DNA of 64,000 bases from Oopsacas minuta (lineage: Eukaryota > Animalia > Porifera). The notes below the pieces were generated by a model, which worked only from the letters and a program-made list of their open reading frames with translations, did not search any database and was not told the DNA's origin. The stretch is from the NCBI GenBank assembly GCA_024704765.1, contig JAKMXF010000044.1, positions 1 through 64,000 on the forward strand. Direction: 5' to 3'. The translations under genes and the position numbers were made by a program. Position 1 is the stretch's first letter, and every line of letters starts with the position of its first letter. Below, one piece after another: positions 1 to 12,470 of the stretch.

Positions 1-1161
1 ATCCATAAGCCTATATACAGATTTTATTATTACTGAATGGAACTGGAAAGAAGGGATTTTAGAGCCATGATGTTTTATGACTTTATGCGTAAGATATCAA
101 TGGAGCAGAGTCATGATAACTTGGCGGAAGCTTTCCAAGATCAAGCTCCATCTAAGCGTACAGTGGAACGTTGGTATCTAGATTTCAGGAGGGAGAGAAC
201 ATCATTACAAGATGAGGCTAGGTCTGGGCGACCTTCAACGGCCGCCACTCCTGAGACTATTGCTGCTGCCGAGACATTAATCAGAGAGGATAGCCGCATT
301 AACTATGAGCAGTTTGCTGAGACCCTAAAGATCGGGAAATCCGCCATCATACTATTCTACATGATTATCTTGGTGTCAGAAGGCTTGCGGCCCGATGGAT
401 CCCTCATAATCTCTCTGAAATGCAATTAGAGGCAAGGGTAGAATGGTGCAAGTTTATGCTCAAGAAATTTAAAGGAGGAGAGTCTAAACGAGTTTACGAC
501 ATACTAACATGTGATGAGGACATGGACCTATCAGTACGATCCGGAAACAAAGCGGCAATCTTCAATCTAGGTGTTTCCTGGTTAAGATCCACCTGTCAAA
601 GTTCCTGGGCTCGCAGCGTTGAGAAGAAGATGGTGGCTGCTTTTTTCTGTAAGACTGGCCCAGTAGCAATAATTCCTCTCGAGTATCGTCGTACCGTCAA
701 TGCTGATTGGTACATTAACAATTGCCTGCCCAAGGCTTTCGAAGCTTAGAGTTCTCGTCGCCCTAAGACCGATATCAGAGGACTTCTCCTCCACCACGAT
801 AATGCATCTGCACACACAGCAGCCAAAACATTGGACTCCCTGGCTGAAAATTCGGTCCAGTTGGTATCGCATCCATTTTACAATCCAGATTTAGCTCCAT
901 GCGACTTTTTCTTTTCCCCAACAATCAAGGAAAAGATCCGTGGAATAAGGTTTGAGAGTCCTGAAGAGGCTCGTCTGGCATTTGAAGAGGCCCTTTGAAG
1001 CCTGCCAGAGGAAAAAATGGCATAGTTGTTTCGACAGTTGGTTTCATCGTATGCAACTTTGCATAGATTGTTGTGGTCTTTACTTTGAGAAACTGTGGAA
1101 GTTTGATTAAATTTGTTATTATGTTTTTGTGTGCAACAAAACTCTTGGACTGACCCTCGTA
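1..1161 (+). mobile_element. mariner (DD34D) transposon, frameshifted; left TIR lies outside the window
   Basis: ORF pieces 37-429 and 420-749 plus other frames give an N-terminal HTH, a WVPH-like linker, TCDE-TW, HHDNASAH and HPFYNPDLAPCDF, with 34 residues between the last two Asp. The right TIR ends ...GGACTGACCCTCG at 1159, followed by TA. Confidence 0.9.
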
Positions 1162-1299
1162 TGTAAGGTAAAAGACTAATAATAATAATAAGTAAGAATT
1201 GCTTTCATTGTTTTGGAACGAATCCCTGTTGTATACCCAGAATTACCGACATAACTCATTTACGGAACTTTCCGTTCCGTTCCGTATATTAGATATATC

Positions 1300-1576
1300 C
1301 AGAATTACGATCATATTGCTAATAACGAATCCCTGCTAATAACATCCTATTCTTGTAGGATTTCAAATTGTAAAGAATGATAAATAGATAATATTACTAA
1401 AATGACAAATAATATCAATCTAGATCCAAAAACATTAATGTAGATTTTGGATCTAGATTATTATAATTTGTCACTTGTACTATTTATCATATACACATTA
1501 ATCGAGTTTTAATAGGATGTTTCTTCAAAGTTTGGAATCAAAATAGGATGTTTTTAGCAATGTGATCATAATTCTG
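1300..1576. mobile_element. palindromic MITE
   Basis: Ends CAGAATTACGATCATATTGCTAA / TTAGCAATGTGATCATAATTCTG. The interior is also self-complementary around ~1437 (TCTAGATCCAAAA...TTTTGGATCTAGA). No clear TSD. Confidence 0.7.
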
Positions 1577-2439
1577 AGGTCAATTGTATCTATTACCCAT
1601 TCTCATCTTGAGGCTCTGCGGGCCGCAAGTTAGCCCCTGATCTATATCCTATTAATTCTCAATTAGAGATCCTAATATAAGTGAAGTAATGGACAATGTA
1701 TTGGTAGTGCTTAAGAAAGTTATAATAACGCAAAACCATTGACTATTACTAACCACATATTTATGCTTTGATGCCTAATTTAAACGAATCTTGAATATAA
1801 GAATAATACTTGTAACTTTCAATAGTCATCAAGGAACAAATCATAATCTTTATATATTCAAATTCAAGTGCATAAAACATTAATAGAAATATTTTTGAAG
1901 ACTTTTCCTGATAACAGTGTTCGCATGTATGAAGAATCCTTGGTGTAAATCTATACTAATGAATGAACAAATAGAAACTGCTACTCGTTTTACTTTACAT
2001 TGCAGATTTTAATTCTAAGCGAGGTAACAGGACACAACCTCCAAAACTGCCAAAATATCAAGAATTTAATTAAATTTTAGACTCATAATTCGTTTCCTTC
2101 TTTAGCAGTCCCTGTTAATTAGCTTCTTGCTTTTGCTTAGGGTGCTATGTGTAATTGAATAATTGATTCCAGTCTACATATTGCATGACCTTTCCGGAAA
2201 AGCCAAAATATATTCCACAGTTTTTAATTCTTAAACTTAGCTACGAAGTTTTAGTTCAGTTTCATTTTCTTTATTCTTATCCATAGCCCAAATAATGAAG
2301 AATTACATTTCCTAAGGTTATGGGTGTGCATAATTGTTTTCTTCATTAATGCCTCTATTCCATGGTATAGAGCAAATGTTCGGGGACAAGTGACCTAAGT
2401 AACATACTAAATAGGGCAGCAAGGCCTACAGCCTGCTTA

Positions 2440-3485
2440 AATATAATACTTTATATCTCACCGAGAGGGCTTGAAAACGACAAGGCCAACTGGAAATGTC
2501 TTTTTAACACATGTCTCCAGAAATATATGTTTTAGAGCAGAGGTATGTATTAATCACATATAGGGATATGATAGCGAAGTATATATTTCTATTCTGAAAT
2601 ATGATTTCTCATCATGTGGTTCGCAAGAGGTATTTTTAGAACGAAAAAATGCTGCTTTTCAAACTATGTTTAAACCATGTTCTCGGTGTTTTTATGCTTG
2701 ACAGTTCTATATACTGACATAGGCGAATAGTATATTTTCAAACAAGAGTTGATATGAATGGAATGGAAACACATTCCTGTGTTGCCAAGGGAACCTGTTT
2801 TCATTTGTTTAAGCTATAACTCAAAAACTATGAGTGCTATGCCTCTAAAATGTATACCAGTAGTTCTGTAATAGTCAACTTCCTATTCACAAATAGTATA
2901 GTTCATCTGCTTTTTGTTCATACGTTTGAAATATTTTGACATTTGCTATATTGATGGTAGATGGATTGTCATATAATATATGAGAAATGCCAAAATATCT
3001 CAAGAATCAACTGAAACCAAATGAAATATACTATTAGTGAATAGGAAGTTGATAATTACGGAACTATTGGCATAAAGTTGAGTGCCATAGCATTCATAGT
3101 TTCTGAGTTATAGCTTTGAAACAACACATTCCCTCAGCAACACAGGAATGGGTGCATATTCCATTCATATCAACTATTGTTTTCAACTAAACTATTCGCC
3201 TCTGTCATTATATAGAACTGTCAAGAACTAAAACACTGAGGACATGGTTTAAACATAGTTTGAAGAGCCACTTTTTTCGTTCTATAAATAGCTCTTGCGA
3301 AAACAAAATGATGAGAAGTCATATTTTAGACAGTTATAATGCATATTTCGATGTCAAATTCCTATTTGTCATAAATACATACCTAAACTCTATCATTTAG
3401 TTTTCCTGAGATATTTGGTAAAGATATCACTTCCTGTCGGCCTTATTGTATTGAAGCCTAGTGGGAAAAATACAACGTATATTAT
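2440..3485. repeat. ~1 kb foldback element (two ~500 bp diverged inverted arms around a short loop at ~2951-2978)
   Basis: AAACTATGTTTAAACCATGT (2661) pairs with ACATGGTTTAAACATAGTTT (3242). ACTTCCTATTCAC (2878) pairs with GTGAATAGGAAGT (3037). Outer arms 2468-2498 and 3427-3459 also pair. Outer boundaries are approximate. Confidence 0.8.
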
Positions 3486-3999
3486 GGCGGTCATGCGTGC
3501 AGATTCAGAAAAATTGGCCTCGAATTGTAACCATGTTGGCTAATAAACAGAGTGATTGTATATTTCAATATCTATGCGTTTTGGCATATTAGTAGGAGGG
3601 AAAATTTTCAAAGATAATATGTCAAAGTGTGCAGATTTGTTATGGTGCCAACTTGATACTATTCTTAGTGTCTAGTCTTGCCGGGTCTCGCATCAACCTG
3701 ATTTTCTAAAGCGTGTAGGCAGGGCCGTGGATAGCCAGAACGGGCCCGGGTTGAGTTTGAATCCGGGCCCTCGGTATATTTCACGACAATATTTAGTCTT
3801 ACACTTGGATTCACAAACCTGGAAGTTACTGATACATTGTGTCAATTTTGTCTTAGAAGTCAATGCTGTCTTACTAAATTAATTGCTTTGGATTCTTCTG
3901 TACAGAGGTACAGGGATTTAGTAGATTTGTACATGAATTTTAGCTGAGATACTTACTGATTAAAAGTCAATAACCTAAACCCCTAAAATATGCACATTA

Positions 4000-5303
4000 C
4001 CGAGTGTTCAATAAGTTCGAGTGAAAGTATGCTTACAGTACAAATAGATATAAAAATACTATTTCAAATGTTCGAAATACTCCCCATTAGCATCAATACA
4101 CCTTTGATACCGTTCTAACCACATGTCAAATAGGCTTGAGTAGCGACTTTCTGGTATGAGGTCAATTGCATCCAAAAACGCGGCGCTCAGCTCTGTTTCC
4201 GAATCAAAACGTCTACCTTTTAGATGGCGTTTTATAGTAGGAAACAACCAGAAGTCACAGGGGGCTAGATCTGGGCTATAGGGTGGATGATCGATCAATT
4301 CTAGCCCCGATTGTTTGTTATAGTCCTTAGTTTTTCGTGCAGTGTGAGCTGGAGCATTACCATGGTGAAATTTCATTCCGCGAAGACCAGTCTTTGGACG
4401 TAACCTCTTGACAGCTTGGAACACTTGCGGGAGACAATTTTCAGTGTACCAAGTTGCAGTAACAGTGTGCTTCTCAGGAAGCATCACATATTCTATTATC
4501 CCTCTTGTAGAGAAGAAATCAGCAAACATTCGCTTGCCGACCGCCCTGGTTTGCTTAGAAATTGTGTCCGGTTGCTCGACTTCAAAGATCCATTTTGAGC
4601 TCTGCTGCTTTGATTGAATGTCGTAATAATAGATCCATGTCTCGTCACCAGTTATGACTTCTGACCAGCGCCGCGAATCTTTTTTGGAATACTTTAGCAA
4701 CATAAAACGACAAAATTCTAGTCGACGATTTTTTTGCTCAAAATTTAATAAATGGGGGACCAACTTAGAACAAACCCTCTTTATCCCAAGGTATTGGTGT
4801 AAGATGGTTTCTATTGTCCCCGATGAGACCGAAACCTCGAAAGCTAACTGTCTGACAGTGATTTGCCTATCCTCAGTTACTAGCTTCGATACTTTGTCGA
4901 TATTCTCCTCGGTGACCGCCGTAATTGGATGTCTTGAACGTGACTCATCGTCAAGGGATGTGTGGCCCAAACGGAATTGACGATACCACTTGTAGATGTT
5001 GGATTGGGTTGAACTTTGATCTCCAAAGATAGAAAATATCTCACAACTGCAATCCGCAACGTTTAATCCACGTTTGAAATTGTAGAAAATGATGGCACGG
5101 AAATCTTTCTTATTCAAATTTTCCATAATATTAAAATATTGAAAATGAAGGCTATAAAATTGGCTACAAAAAATCGAGTATAGTACTTATAATCCTGAAA
5201 TTTGGTTAGGAAGTATGGATTCACTAGGTATGAATGTGGTTACGTTAAATTAGCTCTACTGTAAGTGCTTTGTATAGTTTACTCGAACTTATTGAAAACT
5301 CGA
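4000..5303 (-). mobile_element. mariner transposon, full length with TIRs and TA TSDs
   Basis: The left TIR CCGAGTGTTCAATAAGTTCGAGT matches the reverse complement of the right end ACTCGAACTTATTGAAAACTCGA. TA flanks both ends. Length 1304 bp. Confidence 0.95.
4059..5126 (-). CDS. mariner transposase, uninterrupted 355-aa ORF, second catalytic Asp replaced by Gly
   Basis: Motifs ITGDETW, FHHGNAPAH (canonical HHDNA) and HPPYSPDLAPCDF; N-terminal HTH and LVPHLL linker. Confidence 0.9.
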   Translation of the reverse strand: MENLNKKDFRAIIFYNFKRGLNVADCSCEIFSIFGDQSSTQSNIYKWYRQFRLGHTSLDDESRSRHPITAVTEENIDKVSKLVTEDRQITVRQLAFEVSVSSGTIETILHQYLGIKRVCSKLVPHLLNFEQKNRRLEFCRFMLLKYSKKDSRRWSEVITGDETWIYYYDIQSKQQSSKWIFEVEQPDTISKQTRAVGKRMFADFFSTRGIIEYVMLPEKHTVTATWYTENCLPQVFQAVKRLRPKTGLRGMKFHHGNAPAHTARKTKDYNKQSGLELIDHPPYSPDLAPCDFWLFPTIKRHLKGRRFDSETELSAAFLDAIDLIPESRYSSLFDMWLERYQRCIDANGEYFEHLK

Positions 5304-5582
5304 TATGTGGTGTAAATCAACAGTTCTTATTCAAGCGTAGAGGGATTTCCTGTACGTCTATATAATTACATGTTTTCTCCTTTCTAAATTATTCAAGTGC
5401 ACATTGACTATCTGAACTCGCGAGCCAACGAGCGAGAAATACTTCACAGGTGTTCCAGGTTCTGGCCAATGTAAAGAGGAAATGAGAGCTTCATACAGGG
5501 ATATGATACAAGTATATTAGCAGTTTACAGGCATGAAATAAGTATAATTTTTGAAAACTCGCATGAAGGTTTGTATTGATTA

Positions 5583-8019
5583 CACTGGGCAACATCAAAT
5601 TTATTCCTCGAATGAAAATATATTACCTAGACTAACTTTGGGATGCTGATTCCAAATCTGAATTCAGAATTGGTCTATCACGTCAGGATTTCAAGATATA
5701 AAAATTCACGAAATTCGGATTTTGCATTGATTGGCACTATATTATAAGGTACTATACAGTACAAGTTAGACCTATTGCACAATTTTCTTTCCCAGCGAAT
5801 TGTTGGTCAACAATGCATATTATGTACGGTTAATATTAACATTATTTTGTAAATGTAATGTTCTATCTTTTGGCAATTAATGCATTCTTGAGTGTTCTTG
5901 GCCATGGCTATAAGGAGGGGTTATTTAGCCTACTTGCGGGTGGATTGTAGACTGTATCGATAAACCAACAACATTACTGTTTTGCAGAATTTTTAGTTTG
6001 TAACTGATTGTGTATTTAAGCTTTTTGTTTATAATGAATACGAGCAGAAGACAATGCACGAACCACCCAAATAACTTCTGCTATATTTGTGGAAAATTTA
6101 CGCCGAAGCTCCAGCGAAGAAATATTGCCAATCGTGTCAAGATTGGCTACAAGTATTACTTTGGTTGCAAAGTTGGTGACCAAGACAAGAACTGGACACC
6201 TCACATCTGCTGTACCGTCTGCTATGCCAGTCTAATCCAATGGCTTAATGGAAAGAAGAAATCCATGCCATTTGGGGTACCTATGATTTGGCGAGAACTT
6301 AAAAACCATACGTCGGATTGTTATTTTCGCACAACAAATATTGATGGATTTTCGTCTAAAAATAAGTCAAAAACCATCTATCCAACATGCAAGTCTGCTC
6401 TAAAGCCAGTAGAGCATGATGCTGGCAATGGAATTCCTGTACCAATCCCACCTTCATCGGATACTATTGAAATGGATTCAACAGACGAAGTAGACGTGGC
6501 AGATGCAGATTCCACTTCTGATTTTTCGGATCATGATGAAAACGACAAAATTATTCCCATGGACCAGGCATTTTTGAATGACCTGGTGCGTGATTTATCT
6601 CACTCCAAAGAAAAAGCTGAGCTTCTAGGGTCTCGCCTAAAGGAATTAAATTTGTTGAAGCCAGGAACAACAATTTCACATTTTCGTCGACGACATGCAA
6701 ATGTTTCGGTTTACTTTAAATTCGAAGACTGTGTGTGTTTTTGCACTGATATTGATTCACTCATGTATGAGCTTGGCCACGAACACATTAGCACTGAGTG
6801 GAGACTGTTCATTGATTCCAGCAAAGCTAGTTTGAAAGCTGTCCTACTACACAATGGGAATGAAAAGCCTTCTGTCCCTATTGCTCATGCTGTCGGCTTG
6901 AAGGAGACGTACGAGTAAATGGAAACCATCCTAGGGGTCATTGATTACTGGGCTCACAACTGGAACATATGTGGAGACCTTAAAGTTGTGTCACTTTTGC
7001 TCGGATGCAGTTGGGTTACACCAAGCATATGTGTTTTCTCTGTCTGTGGGACAGTAGAGACGAGGCAAACCACTATGACACAACCAAATGGCCAATGAGA
7101 ACTGACTACATTGTTGGAAGATATAATGTTAAGTGCAAATCCCTTATTGATCCCAGCAAAGTGTACTTGCCACCACTTCATATTAAACTCGGCCTGATCA
7201 AACAATTTGTGAAGGCAATGTATTTCAATGGAGATGGATTCCTACACATAAAAGAAAAGTTTGGTGCTATACTAAGTGACGCTAAACTGAGAGCTGGGAT
7301 ATTTGTTGGCCCCCAAATACGTGATTCGATGCGTGACCCAGTATTTCCATCCAAGCTTAATTCAATTGAATCGGAAGCCTGGAATGCAGTTGTACAGATT
7401 GTACAAAATTTTCTTGGAAACTATAGGGCAGAAAATTACTCGGAACTAGTGGACAATTTGCTGGAATCATACCGCAAAATGGGCTGCAGAATGTCGCTTA
7501 AACTGCATTTTCTTCAGTCACACTTGGACTTTTTCCCATCAAACCTGGGTGATGTGAGCGACGAACAGGGAGAAAGATTTCACCAAGACATCTCTGTGAT
7601 GAAATCGCTGTATAGAGGTCGATTTAACCCAAACATGAAGGGGGACTACTGCTGGTTTCTCCAGCGTGAAACTGACACTGAACATGCTCGAAAGAGCAAG
7701 TGTATAAAGCACTTTTGAGAGGATACAATGTTATTTTTGTCTGGTTTAATCATCCTGGGTTGTGTTAAATTGTACAAAATGATAATTCTGTTATTTTCAC
7801 TAGCAATCACTGTGTTTATTACATGTAATGTTTTGTTTTGCACAGCCAAAATTAGCCAAAATGACAATTACGGGTTGTTGTGTGCATATGTCATATCTCA
7901 AAAACGTGACGTGTGAGAAAAAATCTAAGGCCAGATTTGGATTCAGCATGGCCATATTAGTCTAGGTAAACTTGAAACGAGCAAGGAATAAAAAATAAGT
8001 TGTAAAATGTTGTCCAGTG
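5583..8019 (+). mobile_element. Chapaev3 (CMC superfamily) DNA transposon, full length
   Basis: TIRs CACTGGGCAACAT / ATGTTGTCCAGTG and a perfect 3-bp TSD TTA (5580-5582, 8020-8022). Subterminal inverted repeats contain GCTGATTCCAAATCTG. Confidence 0.88.
6034..7718 (+). pseudogene. Chapaev3 transposase (one stop at 6916, one frameshift near 7005)
   Basis: N-terminal Cys/His-rich domain (CTNHPNNFCYICG...PHICCTVC...CYFR), then RLFIDSSK (D), ICGDLKV (D), CFLCLWDSR, LPPLHIKLG and SDEQGERFHQDI (E). Confidence 0.85.
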
Positions 8020-8065
8020 TTATAGAAACGCCTGACCTGTATTCGGTGAAAAGAGAGAGAGAAAT

Positions 8066-8102
8066 TTTAGTGAGCACGGGCCCTGGACCCGTGCTCACTA
8101 AA
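8066..8102. repeat. perfect 15-bp stem, 7-nt loop palindrome
   Basis: TTTAGTGAGCACGGG-CCCTGGA-CCCGTGCTCACTAAA. Confidence 0.9.
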
Positions 8103-8639
8103 TTTTGGCCCTCCTGCCCACACTCTCGACACTACTGTTTGTAAGTATGAGGAGCAAGAGGGGGTGACGGTTCGGTTAAGAACCACTATGTCCCCCTCAA
8201 TCTGAAACTACATCACAGACAGCAGTTAGTCCAACTTCCCCAGGGATTTCCCAAGCAAGCACCTCACTTTGATTGTCTGCTACAACATCTCAAGAACAAG
8301 ATTGTCTTCGAGTTGATAAATGCATGGGACACCCTCTAAAGCGTTGTTCTATGGAAATACTATGCACAACTTATACACCATCTCCTACGATGTGGAATAC
8401 CAGAGCGGGTTTCTATGTGAATTTTAAGATTCTAACTATTTGTTTACTGAATAGTCATAAAACAAACAATTAAATTTACATAAGAGAAATTTGAAAATGC
8501 CAATAATCAGTTTAAACTTACTCTGATACCCCATGGTAGCCAGTAATAGCAGTTCTCTAAGTATATTTACGATTTCGAGTATTTGGTACTTTATATTCAT
8601 AAAACATCAATAAATTTGCAAATTAAAACTTAAATTTCA

Positions 8640-8998
8640 AAATTCGGATTCAGCGTATCTGATTACCCTATATGTCTGTTGAGAGCAAATCTCTACATAT
8701 ATTTGGAGATTTCAGCTATTTGTTTACTTTATATTCATAACAATAACAATACATTTTCATATGATGAATCTAAAAGCGTTAGCATTGGATTCAGCATGTT
8801 TGATATATTTGGTGAAGTTTTATTGAATTCTATTGAATTCCTTGATGAGCACGATAGAATATATAGTTATGCGACAATAATAAAATTGCAAACCGTAAAT
8901 CCTTTCCATGTCAACGGACAAACAAACAAACAAACAAACAGATAAACAAACAAACAGACAATAGTTGAGATATACTGATATATATATATTGTAGATAT
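8640..8998 (-). mobile_element. probable non-autonomous Helitron/DINE-like element 5' end with (TTTG)n microsatellite
   Basis: The reverse complement begins A|TCTACAATATATATA...TGTCTGTTTGTTTATCTGTTTGTTTG, the usual 5' layout of such elements. The 3' end was not identified. Confidence 0.4.
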
Positions 8999-11119
8999 GT
9001 CAATATGATGTTGTTTTTCAGAATATACGGGAAACGATTAGCAGCATCTCAAAATTCACGTAGATACTAGCTCTCAACAGCTGCAAAGGGGGTTAATCTT
9101 ACAAAATAATTCAATAACATATAAGCCATATGCGTATATTTGTGAACTACATTGTTCTAAATATATCTATATTATAATACTTAAACGGGTCGTCAATTTG
9201 GAGGATGATGGATACCTCGAGGTGCAATACGACGAGCAGGAAAGTCGCCACGGGGAGGGCAATGCCTCCTCTGGTAAACTCTTGCCCCGGAGCACGCCCT
9301 TCCTGGTAAATTCGTGACTTGGGCAGCCATCGGGCCCTTGGCTTAAATTGCAAACTGGAAAATTTCGGCTCGCTTAATATTTAATCTAACCAATCTAACC
9401 AATAATATTTAATCTCAATAACATTCAATCTAACCAATAAATATGGTATATACCTTGTATTGATCTACCGAACTAAGTTGTATTTTGAGTGTTTATACTC
9501 TGAGCAAATTCTGTGTTTCCCCAGGCTGTTTTGGCCTGCTGTGCCGGCATCATTCAGTTGTTAAAAAAATATAGGCACCCATTTCAATACTGGTCACTAT
9601 ACTAAAGTATAGTCGACACATTAAAAAGTACAATTGACCATTCAAGTTATAATAACAAGGATTATCGTACGATTTTCCTGTCGATGTCTCCATTGATATA
9701 ATAATTATTGGTAACTTCTCGTTGTTGATTTAAAGATTTCACTATTCATTCCTAAAATGTAACTGAGAAATTGGTTCAAGATTCAAACTTACGTGGCAGC
9801 ACAAAGGTAATTAGTGTTGTAGCTATTATAGCTTATTGTCCAAGGGCTACGCCCCTTCGCGACTGGAAGACCTACAGCACCCCAGACCCCCAGCTGCAGC
9901 AGCGTCGTGTATATGTGACTAGGAGCCTCCCAAATATTCTCCGAGCTACATATCATTACTCGACCAGAAAACCTTCTTGGGCAATTGCAGACCGTATGTT
10001 ATATCTTTCAATTGTTTGGCTCTTGGACTTTACTGATGTTTGCAGCACCCATAAGCTTGCAATTTGCAGTGCACAAATTCAATCTGGTAGGAAACATCTA
10101 GAACTTGTTGCCATCCGATTGAATTTGTGCCCCCTTGAGTATCGAAGCCACACGACGCAACTGCCCAGCTGGATGCTACTAACAAACTAAAAATTTATTG
10201 ATCCGCCGCTGGCCATGCTCCTGCTAAACTCGTGAATCACCTTGCCCATCCTCCTGCCCCTTGGAACTTCATGCCCTCCCACCCTGGTAATTTCTTGCCC
10301 CCCTTGGTGTAAATCCTGGTAACATCCCTGACCACGAGCCAAAGGCTCGTGGAATGTACATTCACATGTTATTGCAATTTACTAACATAGACGTATTTGC
10401 GAAATTGACTCGCTCTTAACCACCTACTATTATTATTTTTCTTGCTTTCGGAAGTATTTATAGTGATTTCGAATTGTTATTAATATATACGGTGTAGCTG
10501 TAAGCGGATTGGGAACGCTCTGCAGGGTTGCTAATTGCCAAACACCAATACCGAAGTACGGACTACCTATAGCTACTCTTCATTGGTGGAGGTCGTTGGT
10601 TCCTCATCGTACTTTTTGATATGACTCTCAGGATTATATGTTCGATTTGTTTCGGCGACAACTTCACCTCGTCTTTTGTGTCTAGTATTTCCGGCTCTTG
10701 CGTTAATCTGAACTTTCTGAAGCGTGTGGGTATGAGATGCGGGGGTGTTGTGACGGTTCGGTTTAGGGCTCGTATACTATCGAGGGACCTTACACATATA
10801 TTTTTCTATTAGCTCTATGGGTTCGAAAACGAACGAGGGTTCCTCGAGCCCTCCCTGCCCCATCAAACTCGTTAAGGAAGTAGTGATTTTGTGATCCACG
10901 ACCCTAAAACACTAGCGATATGGCGATGGGGGAGGGATGAAGTTTCTTGGGTTATGGGACTAGCACATCGTAAACGCTAACATTTTAGGTACGCTTTGCC
11001 CGAAACCGCCTAAAGAAAGAATCGCAAATACCTAATGGTACTTACACACAGAGGCTACATTGCTAAATTTCGTATTCCAAACTTGTGTTACTACTTTCAG
11101 TTTCATGAGAAAAGAGAAA

Positions 11120-12470
11120 AACACAGACAAACTGGCATGAGAATTCTTGATGTTGGCATCCTAGCAGAGGTATTCTCTACCTTTTATTGTAGAGAATGTG
11201 TTGGTAGTCTTTCCCTTTACGAAGAAAATGGATTCATGGATTCATACATACCAGTAGAGTCCTATGGCTGGACACCTACTGGTATTTCGCAGCGTAATTT
11301 CATAAACTATGTACAATATTTGATAGGCCCCCACTAGTCCAGAGCATGTCATCTCCATATCTGGACCGTCAGGAAGCTATTACCAAAGTTGCAGTAGGGA
11401 CTGCCATATCTGATGCCGCTAAACAGCTACCCCAAAGATCAGACTGTGAAGTATCACCTGATTCTAACGCTACCAACGTAACCTTCAGCTTCGATAGCTC
11501 TTGGAAGACCAAATTACTCTACTGTCATCTATAAACACCGTGGTTTAGCATCAATCAAGCTGTGTTCTGCTCTACATATACTAGTTGATAATGTGGCAAG
11601 GGACCATTCTGGCTGTCCTACTGGAGAAATCATGGTGTCGGTGGAGAAACCCATCAGGTTCTTCAGCACCTAATGCCCTAACAACTTTCCAACCAATTGA
11701 CATAAATAGGTGAAAGAAGTATCCAATAGTAATGCGACAGAAGAATTCTTTAGCCATCTTACATTAGGAATAGCTCAAAATGCTAAAGAATCCTTACACA
11801 ACATTATATGGAGTCTCTGTCCCAAAAGCAATTACTTATCACCTCAATCTATTTAGGATTAGCACTACTATAGCTTCTTAACCATTAACGAAGTTGAACT
11901 TTCACTATTCGGAATCCTGACTGACCTTGACCTGTCTCCCTCTTGGTTGAGTTATAGTGCAATTCTTAAACGAGAATACTGGTCAGATTATTCTCGATTA
12001 GCTCAGAAGAAGTCGAATTATCGAAGACGAAGAAGAAGAGCGAGACTATCCAAGCAACAATGAGAGGGTGCCCTGTTGAAATTAGAAGATGGAAGAAGGT
12101 ATAAAGGGAGGCAGTTTGGGTCTGAGAATTCCCCAAAGAGGAAGTGTGTCAGAGCTCGAAGACGGATCAGTATAACAGGTAGAGGAAGTACTGGAGTGAA
12201 GAGAAGCGAGGGACCGTGGCATTTCTCCTGAATCCACATGGCCTTCTAGCTCAACTTGCAGCTCTGACGAGTCGGATACCCTGTGCAGTATATGCTACAA
12301 GTAAGAACCAGAACTGTGACAAAGAGGAAACTTGGAAAGAATCAATCCAATTGGGTATATTGTGACAACTGCTCTCAATGGTTTATTGTCATAGTGCTAA
12401 CGTGGGCATTAAGACCGTGTCTAAAGCATCTTATTACTGTGATACGTGTTCTTAAAAGGTATGATAATTA
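11120..12470 (+). pseudogene. Mutator-like/Kolobok-Hydra-type transposase remnant with C-terminal PHD finger
   Basis: GMRILDVGIL..CxxC, FSFDSSWKT (first D region), GIAQNAKESLHNIIWSLCPK (TQNxNES-type E motif), then CAV...WVYCDNCSQWF..C...YYCDTC. Many stops and frameshifts; termini not found. Confidence 0.6.

Noticed and set aside
4408-4980. Short antisense ORFs overlapping transposases (also 15146-15600, 42667-43431, 51730-52228, 58446-58760)
   Set aside because: These are shadow frames of the transposase genes with no independent motifs.
9771-10330. 139-aa ORF at 9771-10190 as a gene
   Set aside because: It has no recognisable domain and is built from GC-rich MITE fragments and possibly an antisense hAT C-terminal scrap.
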